From: Geosiphon pyriformis uo1
Taxonomy: Eukaryota > Fungi > Glomeromycota
Assembly (NCBI GenBank): GCA_016748015.1
Contig: JAAOMT010000776.1
Coordinates: 431,496-495,495 of the forward strand
Direction: 5' to 3'
Length of the DNA: 64,000 nucleotides
This document shows, piece by piece, positions 48,433 through 62,889 of the stretch (positions are counted from its first letter, which is position 1; the number at the start of each line of letters is the position of its first letter). Under the pieces are notes generated by a model, which searched no databases, had not been told where the DNA came from, and saw only the letters and a list, made by a program, of their open reading frames with translations. The position numbers and the translations under genes are program-made.

Positions 48433-51400
48433 TGTTACTCATAAAATATAGTAATTATAGTAGTATATATATTAGCCAATCAAAAATAAACATAGTAAAA
48501 TATAGAATTCTAGGATTTCTCTTAGAGGAATTACAAGATTCCAAGAATTACAGGATTTTTATATGAGGAATTACAGGATTCCAAGAATTTCAAAATTCCT
48601 GGCAGAAAAAATTAAGAAATTGAGAAATCTTAAATATGTATATATAGCAGTAATATTAGAAGCAGAAAAGACAGATTTCTTAGTTTGGACTTCTCTTCTT
48701 ATCTATTCTCTAATTACTTCAAGGATAGTTCATATCTGCTGAAATAAAATTATTAAATTATCAATAAAATACTTATCTATATCTAATTTATGTTGTTATC
48801 ATTTAATTGAAAAATATTCATCAAACTCTAACTATCAACACTTTATGTTGATAACTGCTGATACTTAACTATACTAGAACAATAGTTTTTAATTATGATT
48901 ATTAATAGGATATTAACTTAATTGTTTTGGCTTAATTTTTTTATTTTATTTTCTTTTCTTTCTTTTTTTTTATTTGTTTTTGTTGTTTACTAATTGATTG
49001 AGAATCAATGCACAGAATTATTGACATCAAAAGAACTAATAAAAGATCTGTGAAACAAAAGTAGAACATTTGCAAAATTGAAAATAGCTTACCAAGAGGA
49101 TTACTGGCCACTATGCTGAGAAAAAAATTTGACAGAATTGTGATTCTAGGAGGCTACTGAAAACAATCATTGAATCTCTGTTTATTATACAAAAGACTCA
49201 AATCCAAAATCTTCAAATTAACAAAAACCTTCAGATTACTAAAACTCTTTAGATTACTACAACTTTCAGATATTATCATTATATCAATTATTAAGCATCA
49301 AGTTACAAATTTGTTATTTGCTTTGAGACCCCAAATAATCACCTGTAATATTTGGTGCTTCTTGTGAGATATAATCTTACAGAGAATCAACACCAATACA
49401 CAATTAGTTAAAAGTAGCAGAATCAGAAATAATAAAGACAAACCATTTAGAATTCACCAAATTCTTATTTCAATGTTATAGCCAAAACTTGGGATTAAAC
49501 CACAACTATTATCTAGCAAAATTAGCTTTTAACTTTTATGTCAATAAAAAAATCAAAGATTTTCTAAGAGAACTAGTTGACATCAAAGCAGCAAGAGAAA
49601 ATTTCTACACAGAATTAATTCAACATACTAGTTTATCACGAAATCACAGTTTTGTACTAATTATTTATAAGATTAATTAAGAAATTGAGAGGTACACTCA
49701 ATAACAATTTCTCATTATCTATACAGATAAAAACAAAGGAAAACTACAAACACCAGTAGTAACACCCAAAAGAATACAATCATTCACTTGGAAAAAAAAC
49801 CAGAGTTGAGTCACCAATTAATCTATCATACTATTATACACCTAGAAGTGCCATCAACATCTCATCAGCAGATGTATCAACATCAAACACAAAATTATTA
49901 TTAGCTCAATTTCTATTTCAAAGTAAACAAAAAAAAAGCAGAATTATTGGGAACCTATGACAATTACTTTGAAAGATTCAAATCGCAATTACCAATGCCA
50001 TTAGAATTTTAATCACCATCATCTCAACCAAATTTTGGAATCTTGAGTCTTTGAGAAGTAACAGAATCAGAAAAAGAAAAAGATGACTATTAGGAATTTA
50101 ATTATCAAAACCCAATTATAGAAAACCTGAAAATTGAAACTCTGAATATTTAAACTCAGCAAAATCAGAACAATCCCAACTCCAATACTATTAATTAACA
50201 CTTATCTTCAGTAATTGTAATTAATCAACTACCAATTGAACCAATAGCCAAACCACTACAACAGTCAATACAACTCTAGCAACTACTGTAATAACAACTA
50301 CCACAACTACAACAACAATCACATTAACTTGTAATCATTCCAATGGCATACACACTTATTGCTAAGCTTAAGAAATTTACCAGCAAAGAAAATAATGCCC
50401 AAGTCTAATTAAATAACATTGTCAAAGCCATCACAACCAATAATTGGGATGATGTCAGAGCTTTTTAAGCAATTTCCTATTTCTTACAAGATACTACCAA
50501 TTTATGATATCAGTCTTGCCCAGAAATTTTAAACATTCAATGAATTCAAAATTGTTTTCTTGAAATATTTCAGCAATAATAACAGCATCAATCACTTAGC
50601 AACTGTCTTTACAACTATTAAACAAAGAGAAATAGAAGCAGTTACCACTTACTTGGGATGCTTTTACTACAATCTACACCAAATTCAAGTTATTAATGCC
50701 AACTATTTTACTTTACCACAAATTTTGAATTAATTCATAAGAGACCTGCACAGTAGTATTTTCTAATGAGTATGTCCATTACATCCAGTAGACCTTCAAG
50801 CTGCAGTCATCTATGCTAGAGATTTTAAAACAGCTGAACTTAAAACTAACCACATTTAAGCTGTCAATTTGGTAATAAATAGATTATCTGACTTAGATTC
50901 CAAATTGAAACAATTCAGTGATTTCATCAACCAAAAAATCAAGAGATACTTAACTAACAATCAGGCAATTTATCAACTTTTATAAAGATGCCATAATCAA
51001 GAAAACGTAAATTGTCTCTAAAATTAGTCACATTTATTATCATCAACAAATCAGCAGTGGCAGCAAGAGACACATGTCTGCTGCTACTGTAGTAAACAGA
51101 GACACTTAAGAATAGATTGCCAATTAAAATTAGATAACCAATAATTGAAAAGCCAATATCAAAACTCTGATTACTGATTTCAGACTCCAAACTATTACCC
51201 AAATTAAGATCAATACCAACAATATTACTTACCAATAACACAACAATTATACTTACTTCCAATCTATCAGACACCAGCATCTATAATCTATCAACTACTA
51301 CAGCCACAAATAATTTATCAGATTCCACCAAGTCAAACACCACCATCAAACTCAGCTTAATTAGTCACTGGAACCCAAAGGCTAAGAGTCACATATACTC

Positions 51401-53229
51401 AACAAAACTGGAGATTGGCAATGGTTATACACCAACCAATTTCCAGTTTCTTAATTCAATTATCAAGATTATGACAGTGAAGTTTGGGAACCAAATATAT
51501 TCAAAATCCGAATTTCCAAAACTATTTAAGTCTCCTAATTACCCCAGAAGACATCACATCTAACAACTTAAAAGCCAACCAAAAGCCACTTACTAGTAAT
51601 ATACCTTCAGCAACCATTACTAAAGATGAATCACTAACAGCCATCTTTCTCTTCAAACTTAAGAAATTAATAATGCCACTTTTTAGTGAAGTCATTCTTA
51701 ACACCAAACCCATTACCACAATATATACTAATGCTAAAGTTGATGGTCAGTCTATTAAACTAATCCTTAACAGCAGGTCAGCAGACAGTATTATCACTTA
51801 ACAACTCATGGACCAATTATATTACTGGGTTGATTATGTTGCCAGTACCAAAATTATCACAGTTGATGGAACCACCAAAACTTCAATTGGTGAAATTAAT
51901 AACTTCCCTTTTAAAGTTAATGGCATTACCACATCTATCAAAGTATTAGTGATGGAAGCCACCCAATATCAAGCTCTCATTGGTAATAATTGGCTGTTTA
52001 AAACCAATGCTGTTCTCAATTGAAACATACAAGAACTCCAGTTGATTTTTAATAATTAACATACTTGTGTACCTGCCATCTGTGGTCACTTTAGAAATTC
52101 TATAAAAAAGCAATCATTAATCAAGTTAAAAGAAAAAGAAGAAGAAAAACCTATTTGGGAAGCCTATCAAGTCTCATGAGCTGACAAAGACCACAATAAA
52201 CTACTGCCAATACTCTTATAAAACAACAAAGACAATAAAAAAGAAAAAAATGTACTTGCAAAAGCAACAGCCACCAAAAAAATAGACAGTGATTAGGAAA
52301 AATTTTATTCAACCAACATTAGGCCAAAACTATCTTATATATTCTTTCAATGTAAAAACTGCAAAAAAAAACTGTCTTCCATGAGAGCTTGGATCGTGCC
52401 CAACAAAAATTACTGGGCACAAACTCATTATTACTGTAAGCCATATCATAAAAAATATTATGGCTATCCAAAAAGACAAGGCAAATAGAACAACAAATTG
52501 TGTCTTGCTTGTAGGGAAACTCTACTTGATGAAAGAATGTAGAATGACATTTCTGGCTAAGGAAGAATGTGTGATGCTTCATGTCAATACACAATTTTTA
52601 TTAGCAATTGGGTAAGCCAAAAAACACTTGTTAATACAGCATAGAACCAAACACTCTTGTACTTGGATGATTATCCACATAACAAGGACGAAATCTGGCA
52701 AATGACCAATACAAAAATTGAAGATGCTTTGCCTGGCAAAATATTAGAAATCAAAAACAACCCACTAAAACCAGTTGACATCATTTTGATTTCCAATCCA
52801 GATGCTTTTTTGGACATAAAAACCAGTTCAGAGAAGTTTTATAAACACTACCAGAATTTAGCACCCACAAGAGAAGAGCAGAAACAGTGCTTAAAACAGC
52901 TAAACACTTGACTATATAACCACTGTTTGATTCCATGTGACTTCTAATATTGTAATGAGTGTGATTTCATTTACAACCTACTAACATGCATGATCTACAC
53001 AATCCCCGAAGAGATGAAACCAATCAATAATTGTATATTGGAATCAGAATTGATATTCAATTTCAATTCAAACTCTAACAATAATAACAACAACAAAGAT
53101 TTCAGCTCTGTTCAAAATGATAGCAACAACAACAATAATTCAAACTCTAATTCAAACTCAGAACAATACATTGCACTTTCTGATCTTTCTAAGAAGCAAG
53201 AACTCAAATGATTCAGTAATAATAATGAA

Positions 53230-53635
53230 GATATTATGCTAGAATGTGTGCATGATATTAATACAGAGTTTGATTTGAGATATTTTGAAAAAAATGTCAT
53301 CAAATTGGAACCACATTTATGCACCTGTATTGATCTAAAAGTAGCACTAGAAATCTCAGCAACAACAATAATTCAATTAGCATTAAGAAGTAATTTATTG
53401 AAAAAAGGAATTAATATCAGAGGAGGAATAATTAATGCAGAATATATGGAAAATATCATTGCAATACTACAAAATGACTTAGAAAAGGCCTATATTATAG
53501 AGCCAAATGAAAAAATAACACAGACAATATTTCTGCCTCTGGTTAAAATAACTCAGTTAGTACCAGTGGGAAACAGAAAAAAATTAGGGATTACAGTTAG
53601 AGAGATAAGTGAATTCAGATCTATAAGTAGAATAA
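53230..53635 (+). pseudogene. dut: dUTPase domain of Gypsy-B pol (B2)
   Basis: EFDL, RSNL, GGIINAEY, ITQTIF and eroded motif 5 (REISEFRSIS). Confidence 0.85.
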
Positions 53636-56600
53636 ATATACCAGTTAATATGACAGAAGAAGAAATTGTTGACAAGAGAGAAATTATCTTCATCCATTAA
53701 TCAGTTTCTATTCCACTATACAACAGATATATGTTAGCATTGGAAAAAAAAGTGAAAGATCAGACACAGATTTTTGAAGTAGAACTAACCACTTGCAAAT
53801 CAGAAAAAATTGGGCTTACCAATTTTTACATACCAGCCAAAAACAAGAACCACATTAAAATTTCTATCTACAACATAACAGGAAATATCATTGAGATACC
53901 AAAAAGAACCACTATTGGATATTTAAGCACTGAAGTTGAAGAACAACCACCAAACCCCATTCCAGACTTTCTACAATTGTGAAAATATATAGATATTACA
54001 TCATAAACAATATACAGACAAGAAGAATGTTATCTGTTCCAACCAGAACAATTAGAACAGATGAACTGAGGAAATTTAGACCCACTTTAATAGATGCAAC
54101 TCAAGATGTTGCTTAACAATTTTACTGACATTTTTGTCAGTAAAAATGAATTTGACAGAACTGATATCATTTAATACCAGATTAAGACTAAAGATACAAT
54201 GTCAATTAAACAAAAAGCATACAGAATACCACCAGCAAGCCATAAAATTATCTAACAAGAAATCAATTAGATGTTATACAATAGGTTAATTCAATCATTA
54301 ATGAGTTCATAATTATTACCAGTAATACTAGTCTGTAAAAAAATAGAAAAATTCACTTTTGTGTGGATTATAAAAAACTCAATAGTGTTACTCATAAAAA
54401 TAGCTATCTAACTCCATGGATCCAGGAATTATTTGATGCTTTTGAAGAAAAGAAATGATTTTCAAAATTAGATCTAGACAGTAATTACTGGCAAGTAGCC
54501 ATGAAACTGGAAAACAAAGAGAAAACTGCATTTACCACAAGAGAAAAAAATTTTGAATTTGAAGTAATGCTATTTGGTTTAATCAATGCACCACCCACCT
54601 TCCAATAATTCATGGAAATTGTTTATACTAAACTACTATGGAAATCAGTAGTCATGTATTTGAATAACACCAATATGTTCTCAAAAACATTTAATAATTA
54701 TTTTTATTATTTACAACAGGTGTTTGAGAGATTAAGAAAAGCTGAATTGAAACTGAATACAACCAAATGCTTCTTTGCCAAAACAAAATTGAAATTCTTG
54801 GAACATATTGTAAGCAAAAATGGCATCAAAACAGATTCAGATAAGATTAAAATAGTCAAAAACTTTCTAGTATCAACAAATTTTACAAAATTAAGAGCAT
54901 TCTTGGAATTTACTAAATACTATTGCCACTTTATTCAGAATTTTTTCAAACTGGCCTAACCACTTCACCAACTTCAAACAAAAAATGTAAAATATGAATA
55001 AACTAAAACTCAGCAAGAAGCTTTCAACATTCTAAGAAAAAAGCTTATTTAAGCATTAGTATTGATTTATCCAGATTACAGCAAGCCATTTATCATTACT
55101 ACCAATACATTTGGTCAAGCATTAGAAGCCATACTATCTCAAAGAGAACTGGATAGATGAAAATATTCAGTAGTATATATCAGTCAAAGCTTGAATTCAG
55201 CAGAAAAAAACTATAAAACATTAGCACTAGAATACTTAGCTATTTATTGAGCAGTCATCAAATAGAAAAAATATTTAAGCCAGAAGTTTGAAGTATATAC
55301 TAATCACAAAAGATTGACATTAATCCAGAAACAAAAATTTGGAGATAACTGCCATGTCAGATGGAAAATAGAACTTTTATTATTCAAATATACAGTACAT
55401 TATAAAAAGTAAAAAGAAAATAGAAATGCTAACAGTTTGTCACAAATAAAACAAATTTAAGAACATTTCAACTCAAAAATATAACAAAAAATAAATACAC
55501 AAAAATATCAACAACTTTAACAATATATTGATATTCAATTGTTTAAGAAGAAATTATCTCAAAAAGAACAAAGCAACATAAAACAACAATTCAAATATTT
55601 TATTAACCACCAAAATATATTATATCGAAAAAACAGAAAAGATTCAGACCAGCCACTTAGAGTAATCACAGAACCAGAAAAAGAAACAATACTATTTAAT
55701 ATGCACTTAGATCCAATGGCAGGACATTTTTATAAAGAACCAACTATGGAAAGAACCAGAAAAAGATACTATTAACTATCAATATATTCAAACATCATCT
55801 AATACATTCAAAATTATAATGCTTGTTAGAGAAAAAAAAAATAAGACTCAACAAGTCATTGAGACCAATTAAAGTAGGACAACTATTTAATTACATTGGA
55901 ATCGACTTAGTTAAACCACTAACAATCATCAGCAGAGAAAACAGATATATTGCAGTAGCTATAGACTGTCTCACAAAATGGCCAAAAACAAAAGCAATTC
56001 AAAAAGCAGATGTAGAATCTATAGCCAAATTTGTTTATTAAGACTTAATATGTTGACATAGATGTCTAAAAGAATTTTTATTAGACCAAAGAACTTACTT
56101 TGTGAACAGAACATTAACAAAATTAAGTCAAAGATTTGGAATTAAATGACCATTATTATTATCATATCATTTACAAACCAATGGCTTAGTTGAAAGATTC
56201 AATAGAACACTGTGTAAAGCAATCACTAAAATTAGTTAAGAAAACCAGGACAAATGGGATTTATTTATATCATCACTATTATTTGCTTATCAGACAATGA
56301 AGCAAGATACTATACAAGCAACACCATTTAAATTAATATATAGTAAAACAACAACATTACCAGTCGAAATAGAAGTCAAAACATATTCAACTGAACCAAT
56401 AACAGAAGACAATTTCCAAAAAACATTGTTAAAAAGCACATATGACTTAATGAAAACTCTAAAAAACAAATAATAAAGAGCAACTAATAATATACAAAAG
56501 TCACAAGAAAAACAAAAAAAAAACATGATAACCAATTACCAAATAAACTAGTTGAATTTAGGATTGAAAACAAAATACTCTTACATTATACCAAAGCAGA

Positions 56601-56853
56601 AAAACAATGAAATGGAAAATTTGATCTCAAATGGAACAAACTATTTCACATAAAAAAAATTCTGGAAAATAGAACTTATAAATTAAGATGGGACAACAAA
56701 ATCTTAACCAAAACAGCACATAGTAATTAACTAAAATCCTATTACAATATAGTATTATCATCTACTAATAATATTTTACAATTGGGAGTACAGAAAATAC
56801 TAGTTCAACCAAAAAAGATTCTATAAGATCTAGAACTAATAATAATTATTGAC

Positions 56854-57555
56854 ATGAACATGTTAAATTAAAACATTAAAACTCTATATAAAGAGTCAAA
56901 ATATGATAAAAGATATCAGAAAAATGGAAATTACTGATGACATTTACACACTGGTTCAACAATTTTTTTGATTGATTTAACAACAACATATGAAAATCAC
57001 AATTAATCAATAAATCATTTAATATAAAGATATAAGAAAGAGACCCCAATATGAAGTGCAGAGAAAACCAGAAAACATTATTGACAAGATAATCATAAAA
57101 GTAAAATTGGCAATAAAAAAACAAACAAAAATTATATTATACTAAGAGTTAACAAAAGAAACATAAAATTAGTAGATACATCAATTTCAAGAAACTTTTG
57201 TTATTTTTACTTGGAACAACATCTGAATATTCAAAACTTATATATAGATAAAACAAAATAATTATTCAATACAACAATACTATAACAACTTGAGTAATTT
57301 GTGAGAAAGAACAATCTAACAATATAAGCACAAGCCATTTATTAATTACATGTTGGATTTCAAGACTGACCAAAAATACTACTTAGGACAGTAATAGATA
57401 CAGTTACCACTAATCAAATAGATAAAATAACCAATGTCTAATTTGAAGAATTACAGACCAAAATAACACAAATAATTCTTGAAAAAAAAGTCCAAGAAAT
57501 AATCAAGAAAAGAAAATTAGGAAAGTTTAAGAATTTCAACAGAGCTTAATATTAA
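56854..57555 (+). pseudogene. Gypsy-B extra 3' ORF (B2, many stops)
   Basis: Homologous to 58944-59636; lies between IN and PPT. Confidence 0.65.
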
Positions 57556-58943
57556 AAAAAAAGAATAATGTTACTTATAGAATATAGGAATTATAGTAGT
57601 ATATATATTAGCCAATCAAAAATAAACATAATAAAATATGGAATTTCAGAATTTTTCTTAGAGAAATTACAGAATTCTAGAAATTACAGGATTTTTATAT
57701 GAGAAATCACAGAATTTCAAAATTCCAGAATTCTTTTCAAGAAATTGCAAGATTCCAGGAATTCTAGAATTTTTGGCAGAAAAAATTGAGGAATTAAGGA
57801 ATTTCAAATATGTATATATAGCAGTAATATTAGAAGCAAAAAAAACAGATCTCTTAGTTTAGACTTCTCTTCTTATCTATTCCTTAATCACTTCAAGAAT
57901 AGTTCATATTCACTGAAGTAAAATTATCAAATTATCAATAAAATACTTATCTACATCCAATTTATATTGTTATCATTTAATTAAAAAATATTCATCAAAC
58001 TCTAACTATTAACACTTTATGTTAATAACTGCTGATATTTAACCATGTTAAAACAATAGCTCTTGATTATGGTGTTACAAGTGATTATTTGGGGTCTCAA
58101 AGCAAATAACAAACTCGTAACTTAGTGCTCAATTGCTTTTAATGATGTTGATTTCTGAAGGTGGTTTGTATCTGAAGGTTTTGATTGAGTTTTTTGTATA
58201 ATAGACAGAAATTCAATAGTCGTTTTTAGTAGCCTCCTGGAATCACAATTCTGTCAATTCTTTTCTCAGCTTGGTGGCCAGCAATCCTCTGGTAAGTAAT
58301 CTGTAATTCTTGTATATGTTCTACCCACTTACAGGAGTCTTTTATTAGGCAATCCTTAACATTAATAATTTAGCACTTAATTTTTAATCAATTTAGTAAA
58401 CAACAAAAGAAAGACCAATAAAAAAATAAAAGAAAACAAAGAAAATAAAGAAATAAACCAAGGTAATTTTTTCAAGTTAGTATTCTGTTAATAGCTGTGA
58501 TCAAGAACTATTGTTCCAGTATGATTAAGTATGAATTACTATTAACATAAAGTGTTGATAGTGAACAGTGAATTGAGATAGTGAATAATTATTTATTGAT
58601 ATTTGTAATGTGGAAGGTTGCTTAAATCAAAATCTAAACTGAGAGGTCTGTTTTTTTTACTTCTAATGCTACTGCTATATATACATAATTGAGATTCCTC
58701 AATTTTACAAATCTTCACACCAAAAATTCTGGAATTTCTGGAATCTTGCAATTTCTTTTGAGAGAAATCCTGGAATTCTAAAATCCTGTGATTCCTTGTA
58801 CAAGAATTTTGAAATTTCTGGAATCTTGCAATTCTTCTTGAGAAGAATCCTGGAATTTTACATTTACTATGACTACTTCTGATTGACTAATTTATATGCT
58901 AATATATATTCTATGTTTTATAAGTAATATTATTCTCTCCTTT

Positions 58944-59636
58944 TTAATATTGAGCTCCATTGAGATCTCCCAAATCTTCTAACTCTAATTCTCTATCTTT
59001 AAGTATTTCTTGAATCTCTTTTTCGAGAATTACTTGTGTTATTCTGTTCTGTAATTCTTCAAATTGGGCATTGGTTATTTTTCCCATTTGGTTAACTATA
59101 ATAGAGTCCAATTCTGGATTAAGTAAGATTTCTGGTCTGTCTTGAAATTCAGTATGTAGCCAATATATGGCTCTTGCTTGTGTAGTTAAATTGTTCTTTT
59201 CCACAAATTGTTCTAGTTGTTGCAGTATTGTTGTGTCAAATAATTGGTTTGTTTTATCTGTGTATAAGTTCTGAATATTCAAGTATTGTCCCAAGTAGAA
59301 ATAACAAAAGTTCTTTGGAAATTTGTGTATTTATCATTTCCAAGTTTCTTTGGTCAACTCTTGATATGTGATGACACTTATTGGTTCTTTTATTACTAAT
59401 TTTATTTTCAAAACCATTTTGTCAATAGTGTTTTCTGTTTTCTTTTGACTTTTGTATTTGGGTCTCTTTCTGGTATCTTGGTATTGAATGATTTGTTGAT
59501 TGATAATAATTTTCATATTCTGTTGTTGAATCAATTAGAAGAATTGTTGTGCTAGTGCATGAATGTCATCAGTAATATCCATTTTTTTGAAGTCTTTCAT
59601 CACATTTACTATGTCTTTATATACTCTTTTTATTGT
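58944..59636 (-). pseudogene. Gypsy-B extra 3' ORF (ORF3, ~230 codons, unknown function)
   Basis: Track ORFs 59334-59534 and 58944-59294 share one frame; only point stops. Confidence 0.75.
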
Positions 59637-62600
59637 TCAATTTTATGTGTTTGGTCCAATGATTATGATTGGTTTCAAATCTTGTGAAATTTCATCTGGT
59701 TGAACTAGTATTCTCTGTACTTCTAATTGTAGAATATTACTGGTGGATAGTAACACTATATGGTGATATGATTTTAGTTGATTACTATGTGCTGCTTTGG
59801 CTAAGATTTTGTTGTCTCATCTTAATTTATAAGCTTTATTTCTAAGAATTTTTTCTAAGTAAAATGGTCTATCCTATTTGAGGTCAAATTTTCTATTCTA
59901 TTGTTTTTCCACTTTGGTACAATGTAAAAGTACTTTGTTTTTAATTTTAAATTTAACTGGTTTATTTGGTAGTTGGTTATTATGTCTTTTTTTTTGTTTT
60001 TCTTGTGACTTTTGGATGTTATCAGCTGCTTTTTGTCACTTGTTCTTTAGAATTTCCATCAAGTTATATGTTCTTCTTAGCAATATTTCTTGAAAATTGT
60101 CTTTAGTTATTGGTTCTACTGGATAAGTATTGACTTCTATCTTTACTGGTAATGTTGCTGTTCTATCATATACTAATTCAAATGGTGTTGCTTATGTAGT
60201 GTTTTGTTTTATTGTTCAATAAGCAAATAATACTGATGGTATAAACAAATCCCATTTGTCTTGATTTTCTTGGCCGAGTTTGGCAATTGTCTCACACAAT
60301 GTTCTATTGAATCTTTCAACTAGTCCATTGTTTTGTGGATGATATGGTGATGATAATGGTCTTTTTATCCCAAATCTTTGACTTAATTCTGTCAATGTTT
60401 TATTCACAAAGTAAGTTCTTTGATCTGATAATAATTTTTTTGGACATCCATGTTGACAGATCAAATCTTGATGAACGAATTTAACAATGGATTTTGCATC
60501 TGCTCTTTGAATGGCTTTTGCTTCTGGCCATTTAGTGAGATAGTTCATGGCTACTGCAATATATCTGTTGCCTTTGCTGGTGATTGTTAATGGTCTGACC
60601 AAGTCAATTCCAATATAGTCAAATGGTTGTCCCACTTTGATTGGTCTTAATGGTTTACTGGATTTTGTTCCTTCTCTTCTCTGACAAGCATCACAATTTC
60701 GAATATATTAAATAATGGCTGGATACATTGATGGCCAATAGTATTTTTTTCTGGTCTTTTCCATGGTTGCTTCTTTATGAAAATGTCTTGCTGTTGGATT
60801 TGAGTGTATGTTGAATAATATTGTCTCTTTCTCTGGTTCTGTGATTACTCTAATTGGTTAATCTGGGTTTCTTTTGTTCTTCTGGTAAAGTGTAGTTTAA
60901 TGATTGATAAAATATTTTGATTGCTGTTTTATGTTGTTTTGTTTCTTTTGAAATAATTTCTCCTTGAACAATTGGGTATCTATATAATGTTGGAATTGTT
61001 TGTATTTTTGTATATTTATCTTTTTGTTATATTTTTTTGGGTTGAAATGTTTCTAGATTTGTCTCATTTGTGACAATCTGTCAGCATTTCTATTGTCTTT
61101 TCCTTTTTTATAATGTACTATAAATATATATGGTGATAATGCTATTTTTCATCTTGTATAATGATTGTCTCCAAATTTTTGCTTCTGAATTGAAATTAAT
61201 CCTTTGTAATTAGTGTACACATTAAACTTTTGATTCAAGTATTCTTTTCATTTGGTGACAGCCCAATAGATAGCTAAGTTTTCTAGTGCTGGAGTTCTAT
61301 AGTTTTTTTCAGTTGGATTTAAGCTTCTATTGGCATAAGTTACTGGATGTTCTTGTCTGTCTGGTCCTTTCTGAGATAATACTGCTCCTAATGCTTGACC
61401 AGATATATCAATTGTAATTATGAATGGCTTGCTATGATCTGGATAGATTAGTACTGGAGCTTGAATAAGCTTTCTTCTTAATATATCAAAAGCTTCTTGC
61501 TGAATTTCTGTCCATTCATATTTGGTGTTCTTTGTTTGGAGTTGGTGTAATGATTGAGTTATTTTGGAAAAGTTCTTGATAAAGCAGCAGTAGTATTCAG
61601 CAAATCCCAAGAATGCTCTCAATTCTGTGAGATTATTTGGTACTGAAAAGTTCTTGACAATCTCAATCTTGTCTGGATTCGTTTTGATTCCATTTTTGCT
61701 TACAACATGTCCCAAAAACTTGAGTTCAGTTTTTCCAAAGGAATATTTGGTTGCATTTAGCTTTAATCCAGCTTTTTTTAGTCTTTCAAACACTTGTTGG
61801 AGATGATATAGATAATCATCAAATGTTTTTGAGAACACATTGGTGTTATTCAAGTATATGACTACTGATTTTCATAGTAATCCAATATAAACAATTTCCA
61901 TAAGTTATTGGAAAGTAGCTGGAGCATTTATCAAGCCAAATAACATTACTTCAAATTCAAAGTTTCTTTCTTAAATTGTAAAAGCCATTTTCTTTTTGTC
62001 TTCTGGTTTTATGGCTATTTGTTAATAACCACTGTTTAAGTCTAGTGTTAAGAACCATTTTTTTCTACTAAAAGCATCAAACAGTTTTTGTATTTTTGAA
62101 GTCAGGTAACTATCTCCTTTTGTTACTTTATTCAGTTTCTGGTAATCTACACAAAAGCAGATTTTTCTATTTTTCTTATGGACTAGTACCACTGGTGATG
62201 ATCATGAATTTATTAATGGCTGAATTAGTCTGTTGTCAAGCATCCAATTGATTTCTTGATGAATGATTTCATGGCTAGCTGGTGGTACTCTGTATGCTCT
62301 CTGTTTAATTGGCATTGCATCTCTAGTCTTGATTTGATGTTGGATAATGTCAGTTTTGCCAAATTCGTTTTTACTAACAAAAATATCATTAAAATTGCTG
62401 AGTAACATTTTGAGCTGCATATATTGTAGTAGATCTAAGTTTTCTATGTTTATTTGTTCTAATTGTTCTGGTTGGAACAAATAACATTTATTTCATTCAT
62501 ATATTGTTTGTAATGTAATATTCACATATCTACAAAGTTGTGAAAAGTTTGGAATAATGTCTGGCAGTTGGTTTTCAATTTTGGTGGTTAAGTATCCAAT

Positions 62601-62889
62601 GGTTGTTCCTTCTGGTATCCTGATGACATTTCCTGTGTTGTTGTAGATGGGAATTTTTATGTAATCATGATTCTTGGCTGGTATGTGTAAATTGACCAAT
62701 CCAATCTTTTCTGATTCGCAAAGTGTTGCTTCTGTCTCAAAAATTTGAACTTGATCCTTCACTTTTCTCTTTATGACTACCATGTACTGGTCATATGGTG
62801 AAATGAAGATTGATTGATGGGTGGAAATAATTTCTCTCTTGTTAACAATTTTTTTCTCTGCCATATTAACTGATACATTTATTCTACTC

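Larger units (their letters stand above)
48433..58072 (+). mobile_element. Gypsy-B copy B2, near full length: 5' LTR 48433-49350, PBS 49353-49368, gag, PR, Cys-rich domain, dUTPase, RT, RH, IN, ORF3, 3' LTR 57569-58072 (interrupted)
   Basis: Two matching LTRs, PBS TGGTGCTTCTTGTGAG, knuckle near 51080-51120, PR near 51760, RT ORF 54612-54959, IN 55540-56750. Confidence 0.92.

Noticed and set aside
53060-53165. Asn/Ser-rich repeat as a prion-like gene
   Set aside because: Low-complexity pol linker; many Asn codons probably arise from Asp by G>A erosion.
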